Origin: Patescibacteria group bacterium
GTDB taxonomy: Bacteria > Patescibacteriota > Microgenomatia > UBA1400 > PJMF01
Assembly (NCBI GenBank): GCA_041747555.1
Contig: JBGTEY010000008.1
Location: forward strand, 3,557 to 67,556
DNA: 64,000 nucleotides
Direction of reading: 5' to 3'
Shown: one piece after another, positions 1 through 9,049 of the stretch
How positions within the stretch are numbered: position 1 is the first letter of the stretch
How the letters are laid out: each line of letters starts with the position of its first letter
Translations under genes and position numbers: made by a program
Notes under the pieces: model-generated
Seen by the model: only the letters and a program-made list of their open reading frames with translations
Database searches by the model: none
Told to the model about the DNA's origin: nothing

Positions 1-139
1 GTTTTTTTGCACCGTGTGTATTCATGTATCTAGTTTGATGTAGCCTAGATCTTTTATTATAGGATGTCTACGGGCTATAGTCAAGTAACAATAGTATACC
101 GAAGTATTTTGAGATGAAAAGGAATCACTGGTTATTGGA

Positions 140-1138
140 TTATATTTTGAGCAAGAAATCAGTAATTTTCTGCTTAAGAATGGTATCTCTTATCCAAGAC
201 TCGTAGTATGGATCTTTTTTAGCCTGCTCACGGATGTTTGGCTCGCTTGATTTGGTTAGGTATGCCTCATAATCATCATCTGAAACGCTCAGTTTTTCCT
301 CATTTGCCACTGCACCGAGGATTACATTGAGCTGTAATCGAGCGACGACCTCTGCGGCGATCTGCTCACTGAGTTGTTGTGGGGTTAGGTTTCTGCGTTG
401 TAAGAAGTCCTGGAGGGTTAAATTTACCCCTTGGAGTTGTCTCTGGAGTGACTGAAGTTCACCCTCTACTTCTCTTCTGACCAGTAGTTCTGGAATTGAA
501 GGTCTGAGAGTTAGAACGAGTGTTTTGTAGATTTCACCCAAAGTGAAGGACTCTTTTTGCTTTTCTTGGTCTTTTTCACTCTTTATTTCTGCATTTTTGT
601 CAGATTTTTGTTCTTTTTGGAGCTTTTCCCAGTCATTTTTGGCAGTTTTGATGGCTTTTTTGACTAAATCTTTGTATTTTTCGAGTTTTACTGTGGGAGC
701 CTCAGCGATTTCTGCAATTAATTTCCATTCCTGATCTTTTTCAATTGAAATTGGTCGGATATCTGGATGAGTGAGGGGCTGCTTCTTGAGCTTTGTCATT
801 GTTTCGCGATAAATATCTGGCAAAACGATCTCAAGTGCCTGCTGAATAATTTCTGCTGATCCAATTTCTTTTTCGGCAACGTGGGCTGGGACCTTACCTT
901 TTCTAAAACCAGAAACTTTCATTTTGGGAGCTAGTTTTTTGAGCGCCTGGGCGTATGCGTTTTGTGCGGTTTTTTTATCAACAATGAGCTCAACTTTGGT
1001 GTTTTCTGCAATTGCATCGCTAACAGTTTCAGCGGTTTTGCTGTGGGTGTGTTGGTGATCGTGCCCATGGTCATGGTCATGGTCGTGATCGTGATCATGG
1101 TTGTGACTGGTAGATGATTTTGAGGTGGTATTTGCCAT
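140..1138 (-). CDS. tig: Trigger factor. N-terminal ribosome-binding domain and C-terminal arm are present; the PPIase/FKBP domain appears absent (332 aa). The N-terminus carries a His/Asp-rich extension.
   Basis: GFRKGKVP signature motif sits in a trigger-factor N-domain context. The C-terminal region aligns with the trigger-factor C-domain. Total length is about 100 aa shorter than canonical TF. Confidence 0.65.
   Translation of the reverse strand: MANTTSKSSTSHNHDHDHDHDHDHGHDHQHTHSKTAETVSDAIAENTKVELIVDKKTAQNAYAQALKKLAPKMKVSGFRKGKVPAHVAEKEIGSAEIIQQALEIVLPDIYRETMTKLKKQPLTHPDIRPISIEKDQEWKLIAEIAEAPTVKLEKYKDLVKKAIKTAKNDWEKLQKEQKSDKNAEIKSEKDQEKQKESFTLGEIYKTLVLTLRPSIPELLVRREVEGELQSLQRQLQGVNLTLQDFLQRRNLTPQQLSEQIAAEVVARLQLNVILGAVANEEKLSVSDDDYEAYLTKSSEPNIREQAKKDPYYESWIRDTILKQKITDFLLKI
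1046..1108 (-). repeat. In-frame His-Asp dipeptide repeat (HNHDHDHDHDHDHGHDHQHTH) at the tig N-terminus, encoded by a gtcatg/gtgatc tandem DNA repeat
   Basis: Direct reading of the ORF translation and the underlying repetitive DNA. Confidence 0.7.
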
Positions 1139-1241
1139 AGGTTGAGTATTATACCGTACCCTGTCCAGTCTGTGAGCTGGTATACTACTATCTTGGAGAT
1201 ATTTTCCCGTTCGCGCGGGACCTACTTATATAAAGGACAGT

Positions 1242-2081
1242 ATGTCAGAAGACCAACAATCAACACTCCTACACGTCATTTGCGATTATGTCGCGGGAGG
1301 CATGGAATTTGGTGAAATTACCAATCGCTTGCAGTTTCATCTAAATAATCCACATGGTGTGCGAATTCACCCTACCTCTGTCCCCCCACTTGATACGATG
1401 GGAATTGGGTTTGTAACCGCACAGTATGCAAATGCACCGTGTGAAGGCAGAATGTTCATTTATGGAAATGCCGCACCTCGCAGAGGCAGTGTCAAAGCAC
1501 AAAAAAATAACTTGGACGAAGGTATTTACTACGCACGACTTAAAAATGGCGTTGAAATCGTAAATGTCATGTCTCGATTTGCATTTGGGTTTGTAAAAAA
1601 TGACATTGAGGAATTCAGAGGTATTGACTGCCCTGCTGCAGGATCGCAATTTAGGTCAAGAGACTTTTTCCCTGAGCGTGTTGCAAAATTAATTAATGGC
1701 GACAGATCCATTTTGACCGAGGAATTTGATGTCGCAGATATTCCTGATGTACCAAGCAACTTAGTTGCGTGGACAGACGGTTTTGGGAATATTAAAACCA
1801 CCATGAGAAAGTCAGATCTTGAAAAAGCCGGGCTCAAAACCGGCCAGATGGTGCAAGTGATTTTAAATGGCGTGAGTATGCTTGGGGTGATCGCAACCGG
1901 CGGTTTCACCGTTGATCGAGGTGTACTTGCTGTTAATGTGGGATCTTCTGGGTATGATAATCCTTTCGTCGAGTTATTCTTGCGCGTCCATCACATGAGA
2001 GAAAAAACTGCTTCAGTGCGCTTTGATTTCCCAGAAGGTGGCACACCGTTTGAGCTCAGACCCATTGGCGACGTCAAATAA
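1242..2081 (+). CDS. SAM hydroxide adenosyltransferase-like (DUF62 / fluorinase-chlorinase superfamily) protein with a divergent N-terminus
   Basis: C-terminal DxFGN-like motif (WTDGFGNIKT). FRSRDFFPERVAKLING and LAVNVGSSG match conserved DUF62 blocks. The N-terminal D-x-YVG region is poorly conserved. Confidence 0.4.
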   Translation: MSEDQQSTLLHVICDYVAGGMEFGEITNRLQFHLNNPHGVRIHPTSVPPLDTMGIGFVTAQYANAPCEGRMFIYGNAAPRRGSVKAQKNNLDEGIYYARLKNGVEIVNVMSRFAFGFVKNDIEEFRGIDCPAAGSQFRSRDFFPERVAKLINGDRSILTEEFDVADIPDVPSNLVAWTDGFGNIKTTMRKSDLEKAGLKTGQMVQVILNGVSMLGVIATGGFTVDRGVLAVNVGSSGYDNPFVELFLRVHHMREKTASVRFDFPEGGTPFELRPIGDVK

Positions 2082-2115
2082 GTTGCTAGAGTACGGTATA
2101 CTAAAGCTTGAAATC

Positions 2116-2189
2116 GGCGCGGTACCAGAGTGGTCTAATGGCTAGGTCTGCAAAACCTCAGTTCACGGGTTCGAATCCCGTCCGCGCCT
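2116..2189 (+). tRNA. tRNA-Cys (GCA)
   Basis: Acceptor stem GGCGCGG/CCGCGCC. T-arm ACGGG-TTCGAAT-CCCGT. Anticodon loop CTGCAAA. No CCA is encoded. Confidence 0.8.
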
Positions 2190-2202
2190 CAGAGCTTGTT
2201 CA

Positions 2203-3381
2203 ATGGTAAAATATCCCCTCATGCCAACGCAAAAAACCTACTTCATCCACACCTTCGGCTGCCAGTCCAACAAAAGTGACTCAGAGCGGATTGCTGGTGA
2301 CTATCAAGCGCGAGGCTATCAGGAAGCTCCCACGTGGCAAGATTGTGACGAGCTCGTGGTCAACACCTGTGCCATTCGCCAACGCGCAGAGGATCGTGCG
2401 CGTGGATTTTTAAATAACGTCAAAATTTACTTCGAATCGAACGCAAAAAAACGCCCCAAAATCATCCTAACCGGCTGCATGGTCCACCACGGCAACGAAA
2501 AACTCTACGAAATGATGCCGATTCTTGACGAGATTTTGCCAATTAATGAGGTGGGATTTAATCAGGCTGCCGTTCGAAAAGATACCAAGCACGCGTGGAT
2601 ACCTATTTCTACAGGCTGCAATTCTTACTGCACGTATTGCATCGTCCCCTACTCTCGAGGTCGAGAGCAATCGCGAACTCTTGAATCAATAGTAGAAGAA
2701 GTTGACCGCCTAGTTTCTGAAGGCTACAGCGAAATTACCCTGCTTGGAATGAATGTTAACTCCTGGGGCCTCGAAAAAGTCGGCATTGGTTTTCGAAAAT
2801 TAATGATGCAAAATGGCGATTTTACCAGAGAAGATTTGCCTGATAATCAGACACAATACCTCAAGCCAAAAGAGACGCCCCCGTTTGTAAAATTGCTCAG
2901 AGCCGTGTCCTCACCTGATGAAATAAAAACAGTCCGATTTATGACGAGTAACCCATGGGACTTTCATGACGAATTGATAGAGGAAATTGCGACCAACAAA
3001 AAAATTGATCGCTTTGTCCATTTGCCCGTGCAATCAGGAAGCAATACCGTGCTCTACCGCATGAATCGTGGATATACCCGTGAAATGTACATCGATGTAG
3101 TGAATAAACTGCGTGCTGCAGATCCAGAAATTGTAATCGGCACCGATATCATTGTTGGATTCCCCGGTGAAACAGATGAAGAATTTGAGGAAACGGTTAC
3201 TCTCGCACAAGAAATGGACTGGAAAGCAGGTTTCGTCGCAATGTATTCTCCCAGACCAGGAACCGCCAGCTGGAGAATTTACGAGGATGACATTCCACAC
3301 ACCGTAAAAAAGAAACGCTGGGAAATTCTTGACGAGATAATCAATAAGCAAAATCTTGGCAACCGACCAGTGATTGTGTAA
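2203..3381 (+). CDS. miaB: tRNA methylthiotransferase, MiaB-family radical-SAM enzyme
   Basis: N-terminal FxTFGCQxN block (UPF0004) and radical-SAM CxxxCxxC (CNSYCTYC). Translationally coupled to miaA with a 1-nt overlap. Confidence 0.7.
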   Translation: MVKYPLMPTQKTYFIHTFGCQSNKSDSERIAGDYQARGYQEAPTWQDCDELVVNTCAIRQRAEDRARGFLNNVKIYFESNAKKRPKIILTGCMVHHGNEKLYEMMPILDEILPINEVGFNQAAVRKDTKHAWIPISTGCNSYCTYCIVPYSRGREQSRTLESIVEEVDRLVSEGYSEITLLGMNVNSWGLEKVGIGFRKLMMQNGDFTREDLPDNQTQYLKPKETPPFVKLLRAVSSPDEIKTVRFMTSNPWDFHDELIEEIATNKKIDRFVHLPVQSGSNTVLYRMNRGYTREMYIDVVNKLRAADPEIVIGTDIIVGFPGETDEEFEETVTLAQEMDWKAGFVAMYSPRPGTASWRIYEDDIPHTVKKKRWEILDEIINKQNLGNRPVIV

Positions 3382-4418
3382 TGCCTGATTCCTCAAAAAA
3401 CCCACTTATTTCAATTGTTGGTACCACGGCCACCGGGAAAACAAACTTAGCACTTGAGTTGGCGAGTGCAATTCTTAGTACATCTGCTCATGCAGCTATA
3501 CCACTATTCTCTGGAGTTTCTTTAATTTCAGCTGACTCACGACAAGTGTATCGCGAGCTTGAAATACTGTCCGGAGCTGACATTCCGGCAAATTTTACAC
3601 ATCAAAAAGCCACGAGTTATGATGCATTCTCATCGTTTATTAGCCGAGATGGCAAAATTGAGCTCCATGGCACGGGCATAATTTCTGTCTCAGACGAGTG
3701 GTCAGCAGGCTTATTTCAGTCTTGGGTGTTGCCAATTTTATTGAATGCATTCGAGAATCAAAAATTACCCATCGTTATCGGTGGCACTGGTCTGTACCAT
3801 CGAATGCTCACCGAAGAAGACACTCAATTGACCGTTCCACCAGATGAAACGCTGAGAAGTTGGGCGCAGGACCAATCGGTTGAAGAACTACAAAAGCGTC
3901 TTTCAGGCATTACCGCCAGCCGACTCGAATCTATGAATGAATCAGATCGCAAAAACCCGCGTCGCTTAATTCGAGCAATTGAAATTGCTGGCGCTGGGTT
4001 GGAAAATTCAGCATCACCAGATTTTAAACGCAACTTTTCACAAAAAATTTCTGAAGCAGAGCACGCGTGGTATGGTGTCACCGCCTCACAGGGTGTACTC
4101 CGCGAACGAATTTCTAAACGAGTTGAGCAGCGACTTGAGGCTGGGGTGCTAAGTGAGGTTGAAGCACTGATGAAAAACAACAACCTTGAGGATAGTCAAG
4201 CAAGTACTACTTTAGGTTTACGCGAGTGCGTGGCGTACATCTCTGGAGAAATTTCTTCAGAGCAGCTTAGACAAGATTGGATCACCAAAGAACTTCAATA
4301 CGCCAAAAGACAAAAAACGTGGTGGAAGCAGCACGATAAGATAACTTGGTTTGATACCACTGATGGTAGCTGGTTAGCAAATGCGGTCAAGCATATTCAT
4401 TCTGAACTAAGTCTCTAG
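3381..4418 (+). CDS. miaA: tRNA dimethylallyltransferase
   Basis: P-loop GTTATGKT and the DSRQVYRELEI block typical of MiaA. Sits adjacent to miaB. Confidence 0.7.
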   Translation: MPDSSKNPLISIVGTTATGKTNLALELASAILSTSAHAAIPLFSGVSLISADSRQVYRELEILSGADIPANFTHQKATSYDAFSSFISRDGKIELHGTGIISVSDEWSAGLFQSWVLPILLNAFENQKLPIVIGGTGLYHRMLTEEDTQLTVPPDETLRSWAQDQSVEELQKRLSGITASRLESMNESDRKNPRRLIRAIEIAGAGLENSASPDFKRNFSQKISEAEHAWYGVTASQGVLRERISKRVEQRLEAGVLSEVEALMKNNNLEDSQASTTLGLRECVAYISGEISSEQLRQDWITKELQYAKRQKTWWKQHDKITWFDTTDGSWLANAVKHIHSELSL

Positions 4419-4454
4419 CTGACTAACGTCTCAATTCCCTGTATACTTTCCCCT

Positions 4455-5471
4455 ATGCTTCAATTCTTATTCGGTTCAAACACCAAAACTGTGCATATCT
4501 CACTCCAATCGGTTTTTAATGCGATTGTCTTGATCTTGGGTCTGTATGGACTCTATTTGATTCGGTCGATTTTAGTGTTGGTTTTTCTTGGGTTTATTTT
4601 GATGGTCGCCATTAATCCGCTTGTGAAACTACTGCAACGCTGGACGAAAGTTCCCCGAGCTATTGCAATCGCCATTACCTACGTGACCCTCCTTTCTTTA
4701 CTCACGCTCGCAATCGCCGTAGTCATCCCACCACTTGCCACAGAAATTACTGCTTTAGTGAGGAGTATTCCAATTCCGGTGCTCCAAGAACAAATTGCTG
4801 ATTTGAAATTTACCGTTCAGGAATGGAATACAGTTATTGAACGAGTCGGCACTTCACTGCCGTTACTCTATAATGTGATTAGCACCACATTTAGCGGTGT
4901 ATTCGGCTTTGTCACCTTGCTTGTTATAACCTTTTATATGCTCTTAGAGCGACCAATTTTATACAAGAAAATTGGCTGGTTCACAAAAAATAAAAAACAC
5001 TTCACAGAAGCTAAAGATATTTTGAACATGCTCGAAGTCCAGCTGGGTGGTTGGGTACGAGGACAGATTATTTTGATGCTTGTGGTTGGAGTTGTGACGT
5101 ATATTGGGTTGTCTCTGCTTTCAATTCCGTACGCTGTCCCACTGGCGATTCTAGCTGCGCTACTTGAGATATTACCTAATTTGGGTCCAACTTTGGCCGC
5201 AGTGCCCTCAATTTTTATTGCGTATATCACCTTTGGCCCAGCAATGGCGGGCATTATTCTGTTGCTCTATATCATTATTCAGCAAGTTGAAAGTACCTTT
5301 TTGGCACCAAGAATTATGCAGGTAAATGCAAATGTTGATCCCTTGGCGTCAATCTTGCTCATTCTGGTAGGACATCAAATTGCGGGGATACCGGGAGCGC
5401 TTTTAGCAATTCCGTTTTACATTGTTTTGCGTCTTTTATACTCTCTGTATCGTCACAAGATATTAGATTGA
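4455..5471 (+). CDS. AI-2E family transporter (UPF0118/PerM-like) membrane protein
   Basis: Polytopic membrane protein with the conserved C-terminal QQ-E----P----G-HPL-like block. Confidence 0.5.
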   Translation: MLQFLFGSNTKTVHISLQSVFNAIVLILGLYGLYLIRSILVLVFLGFILMVAINPLVKLLQRWTKVPRAIAIAITYVTLLSLLTLAIAVVIPPLATEITALVRSIPIPVLQEQIADLKFTVQEWNTVIERVGTSLPLLYNVISTTFSGVFGFVTLLVITFYMLLERPILYKKIGWFTKNKKHFTEAKDILNMLEVQLGGWVRGQIILMLVVGVVTYIGLSLLSIPYAVPLAILAALLEILPNLGPTLAAVPSIFIAYITFGPAMAGIILLLYIIIQQVESTFLAPRIMQVNANVDPLASILLILVGHQIAGIPGALLAIPFYIVLRLLYSLYRHKILD

Positions 5472-5512
5472 TAAATCAATTTAATTTTAATTTTTTCTAT
5501 AAAAATGTACCT

Positions 5513-5526
5513 AAACGGTGTATAAT
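5513..5526 (+). promoter_or_regulatory. Extended -10 promoter (TGtATAAT) for RNase P RNA
   Basis: ggTGTATAAT ends about 12 nt before the RNA 5' stem. Confidence 0.4.
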
Positions 5527-5538
5527 AGAATAATGCTT

Positions 5539-5872
5539 CACGGTGCAGGTACTGGCTGTGATTTATCACAGAGGAAAGTCCGGACAGCAGAATAGAGGGT
5601 GTCCTTCAATTTGAGAAGGAGTGCCGCTTCGGCGGTACCAGTTAGAGCAACAGTGACGATGATTCTTTTGAATCGTGAAACGCCTATGACCAATGAGTAA
5701 TCATTGCGAGGTCGGCTCTGTCTTTTGGCAGAATCGAGGCAATCCTCCCCGCTGCAACTGACGATCTTCACCGAAATGGATCTATTCCCTATCGCTGCTA
5801 TACGCAGCACGGTGATCATGTTCAGGCAAAGATACATCAGTACCTCAAACAGAATCCGGCTTATGCACCGTG
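5539..5872 (+). ncRNA. rnpB: RNase P RNA (bacterial type A-like, compact)
   Basis: GAGGAAAGUCCGG signature near the 5' end and ACAGAAUCCGGCUUA near the 3' end. P1 stem formed by cacggtgca...tgcaccgtg. Confidence 0.75.
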
Positions 5873-5920
5873 TCGCATATTTAAAGTACGGTACTCAAAT
5901 TCGCGACCCCAGACACACAA

Positions 5921-5934
5921 AAAAATACTGTATA
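5921..5934 (+). promoter_or_regulatory. Extended -10 promoter (TGTATAAT) for the downstream membrane-protein gene
   Basis: tacTGTATAATggg lies about 30 nt upstream of the ATG at 5968. Confidence 0.3.
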
Positions 5935-5967
5935 ATGGGAAAAAAGTAGCTACGAAAGTATTCCCGT

Positions 5968-6666
5968 ATGCAACAACTTTCATTCTATGAAACGTTTTCA
6001 CTGATCATCACCCAGGCACTGGCTGATACCGTTGTGTATTTGCCAAGAATTATTGCCGCACTTGTTATTTTTATCATTGGAGCAGCTCTTGCACGGGCAT
6101 TTCGGACTCTTGTTAAGAGTATGCTGGACTCATTAAGTCTCTCATCTGCTGTTGAAAAAACACCTATAGAGCACTTCCTGAGAAATGCAGACATTACCCA
6201 TAAATTTGAAGAAATTGTTGCCAGTATTATGTACTGGGTTGTGATGTTGGTGGTAATTCATACAACTGTCACTATTTTAGGACTCTCTTCTCTCTCGCTA
6301 CTTTTGCAAGGAGTTATTGGATTCCTGCCAAGAGTCGTATCATCAATAATAATTCTCTTCTTCGGAGTACTCTTTGCGGGCATGGTTGAAACACTTGTAA
6401 AAGGAGCAATTAAAAGTCTGGACGGTCGTAGTTCACGCTTGTTAGGAAAAATTGCGAGCTATTTAGTAGTTGTCATGGCGAGCATGGCTGCAGTTTCAGA
6501 ACTAGGCATTGCTGAGGAGTTTATTCTTGTCATGTTTGTTGGATTTATCGCCACACTCACCATTGCGGGTGGCCTAGCATTTGGCCTGGGAAGTAAAGGC
6601 CTCGTCGCTACGGTGCTAGAAAAGTGGTACAAAGACGTTCAGAAGCAAGTTAAAGAGAAGAAATAA
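5968..6666 (+). CDS. Integral membrane protein with repeated TM-helix modules, possibly mechanosensitive-channel related
   Basis: Hydrophobic helices only; no catalytic motif recognised. Confidence 0.3.
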   Translation: MQQLSFYETFSLIITQALADTVVYLPRIIAALVIFIIGAALARAFRTLVKSMLDSLSLSSAVEKTPIEHFLRNADITHKFEEIVASIMYWVVMLVVIHTTVTILGLSSLSLLLQGVIGFLPRVVSSIIILFFGVLFAGMVETLVKGAIKSLDGRSSRLLGKIASYLVVVMASMAAVSELGIAEEFILVMFVGFIATLTIAGGLAFGLGSKGLVATVLEKWYKDVQKQVKEKK

Positions 6667-6677
6667 CATAGAGCCTT

Positions 6678-7481
6678 ATGACCGACCTACTGATGGCTGC
6701 CGCCTTGGGATTTATTCAAGGTGTCACAGAATTTTTGCCCGTTTCTAGTTCTGGTCATTTAGTACTACTTCAAGATATTTTTAATATAGAGCGAAATTCT
6801 CTTCTTTTTGAAACCGCACTACACGCTGCAACGCTCGTGGCAGTTATTATTTTTTTTAGAAAACGATTGCTAAAAAGTTCTTTTCATGACTTGATAGTGT
6901 TGGGTGTTGGAACGATTCCTGCAGTGATTGTGGGACTTGGCGCATCTTCACTCATTAAAGGAGCATTTTCATCTTCGCTCCTTGTTGGAGTCACATTGCT
7001 CATCACAGCTGGCATAAATGTACTGACAGATCGTTTATTAGAAAGACAAAAAACACTCGCTGTTGAAACTACAGTTAAAAGTAAAACAGAAATAAATGGT
7101 ATTGCAAATACATCATTCACAACTGCATTTATAGTTGGGATGTATCAAGCGGTTGCTATTATTCCCGGCATCTCACGCTCGGGAAGTACAATCTTAGGTG
7201 GACTCACCAGAGGGTTTACCAGAATGCAGGCATTTGAATTTTCATTTTTGTTGTCAGTGCCCGCAATCTTGGGGGCAATGACGCTTCAGGTAGTAGAGCT
7301 GATGGACGGTTCGGTAGAAACAATTGCAACTCAAGAGCTTGCGGCCGGTATGATTACGGCTTTCATTAGTGGTTTACTCAGTTTAAAGCTGCTACAAATC
7401 ATGATTGTGAAAGCTCGTTTTGAGTGGTTTGCGTGGTACTGCGGGGCTTTGGGAATCATTACCATCCTGGTGAATTTGTGA
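6678..7481 (+). CDS. uppP: Undecaprenyl-diphosphatase
   Basis: EFLPVSSSGHL signature of UppP/BacA. Confidence 0.8.
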   Translation: MTDLLMAAALGFIQGVTEFLPVSSSGHLVLLQDIFNIERNSLLFETALHAATLVAVIIFFRKRLLKSSFHDLIVLGVGTIPAVIVGLGASSLIKGAFSSSLLVGVTLLITAGINVLTDRLLERQKTLAVETTVKSKTEINGIANTSFTTAFIVGMYQAVAIIPGISRSGSTILGGLTRGFTRMQAFEFSFLLSVPAILGAMTLQVVELMDGSVETIATQELAAGMITAFISGLLSLKLLQIMIVKARFEWFAWYCGALGIITILVNL

Positions 7482-7490
7482 GGATTTTTC

Positions 7491-8990
7491 TTAATTTGTT
7501 TTGGATCGAAACTGGAGTGCTTCCGCGACGTGTTGGTGCTTAATTGTATCTGAGCTGGACAGATCTGCGATTGTTCTCGCTACTTTTATGGTTCTAAAAT
7601 AGTTTCTGGCCGAGAGATTGAGGCGATGGGCAGCTTGGGTGAGGAACTGCTGCGTTTTTTTATCAATGACGCATGACTGGTGTAACTGCTGGGAAGAAAT
7701 TGTGGCATTGGTCACTGTTGATGCCTTATAGCGCGCACTTTGTCGTGCTCTTGCCTGCATGACGCGCCCCTGAATTTGAATTGACGATTCTGCTGGTTCA
7801 GTACTTGAGAGCAACGACACGTTGACCGATGGTAATTCAACATGAAGATCAAATCTATCTAGGAGTGGTCCAGATAATTTTCTTTGATACCGATGAATTG
7901 TAGTTGGGCTGCAGACACAAACTTTTTTGATGGAGCCACTGTATCCGCAAGGACAGGGATTTGCTGCAGCAATGATGCTGCAGACTGCAGGAAAGATTAC
8001 CGTCTCTTGAGCACGGACAATTGATATTTGACCATCTTCTAGCGGTTGCCTCAGTGACTCAAGACAATCTCGAGAAAATTCTGGCAGTTCATCTAAAAAT
8101 AACACGCCTCTATGAGCAAGGGACAGCTCTCCTGGCTTGATTGGGGAGTGACCACCAAGTAGGCCACTTCTCGATGTAGCATGATGGGGCGAGCGATAAG
8201 GTCGTTGGTTGATGTATCCTGATTGGGTAAGGCCACACAATGAATGGAGCGCAGTCACCTCAATGGATTCTTGTTTGGTAAGCGGGGGTAAAATACTTGG
8301 CAAAGCTTTTGCGAGCATGCTCTTTCCTGCTCCGGGAGGTCCGGTCATCAAGACGTTGTGTCCGCCGGCTGCTGCAATCTCCAATGCTCTTTTTGCTAAT
8401 TCTTGACCCCGAATGTTGGAAAAGGAATCAGTGCCAGCACTATTTTGAGGTGGCGGCACAAATGAAACATCCGTTGAAAGTGGTTTATTTTCATACAAGT
8501 AGTCGATAAGTTCTGAAATATGTCGAACGGGATGTATGACGTAGTCGCTCAAGAGAGATAATTCTCCAAGATTACCATGCGGCAAAACAATCGTCTTAAT
8601 GGAGTCATTCGAAAGCCCCGTTATCATTGCTAACGCACCTCGAACGGGCTTAATGCTGCCATCAAGTGAGAGCTCTCCAAGAAACAAAGTATTACTTATT
8701 TTGGCTGTACTTCGACGTAGTGAGATTAATAATGCTGCACAAATTGCCAGCTCATAGTGACTCCCTACCTTGGGAATATCAGCCGGTGCAAGATTAATTA
8801 CAATTCTTGATGATGGAATGCGAATGCCACAGCTTACCAATGCCGACCGAATGCGCTCTCTGGACTCAACAATGGTTTTTCCCGCCAATCCGATCAAAAT
8901 TAGTTGAGGTGTGCCACGAACTTTACTCACTTCGACGCGAACAAGTTGAGAAAAGAGGCCACTGAGTGCTGCGGTATACGTTACATTCAC
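7491..8990 (-). CDS. comM: YifB/ComM-family Mg-chelatase-like AAA+ ATPase
   Basis: N-terminal Lon-like domain, Walker A GPPGAGKS, and the C-terminal ANPCPCGY block typical of YifB. Confidence 0.75.
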   Translation of the reverse strand: MNVTYTAALSGLFSQLVRVEVSKVRGTPQLILIGLAGKTIVESRERIRSALVSCGIRIPSSRIVINLAPADIPKVGSHYELAICAALLISLRRSTAKISNTLFLGELSLDGSIKPVRGALAMITGLSNDSIKTIVLPHGNLGELSLLSDYVIHPVRHISELIDYLYENKPLSTDVSFVPPPQNSAGTDSFSNIRGQELAKRALEIAAAGGHNVLMTGPPGAGKSMLAKALPSILPPLTKQESIEVTALHSLCGLTQSGYINQRPYRSPHHATSRSGLLGGHSPIKPGELSLAHRGVLFLDELPEFSRDCLESLRQPLEDGQISIVRAQETVIFPAVCSIIAAANPCPCGYSGSIKKVCVCSPTTIHRYQRKLSGPLLDRFDLHVELPSVNVSLLSSTEPAESSIQIQGRVMQARARQSARYKASTVTNATISSQQLHQSCVIDKKTQQFLTQAAHRLNLSARNYFRTIKVARTIADLSSSDTIKHQHVAEALQFRSKTN

Positions 8991-9049
8991 AATACAGAGT
9001 ATGACGCCGCAACCTTACATGAAGGCTACAAGTGTTTTTCTGTCGGGAC

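Noticed and set aside
151-178. Weak hairpin (gcaagaaa...ttttctgc) near the tig 3' end, as a possible terminator
   Set aside because: It lies inside the tig coding sequence and has mismatches in the stem.
5538-5949. Two predicted ORFs (99 aa on the minus strand, 81 aa on the plus strand) inside the RNase P RNA locus
   Set aside because: They lie entirely within a region that carries RNase P RNA signature elements and a P1 helix, so they are translation artefacts of a structured RNA gene.
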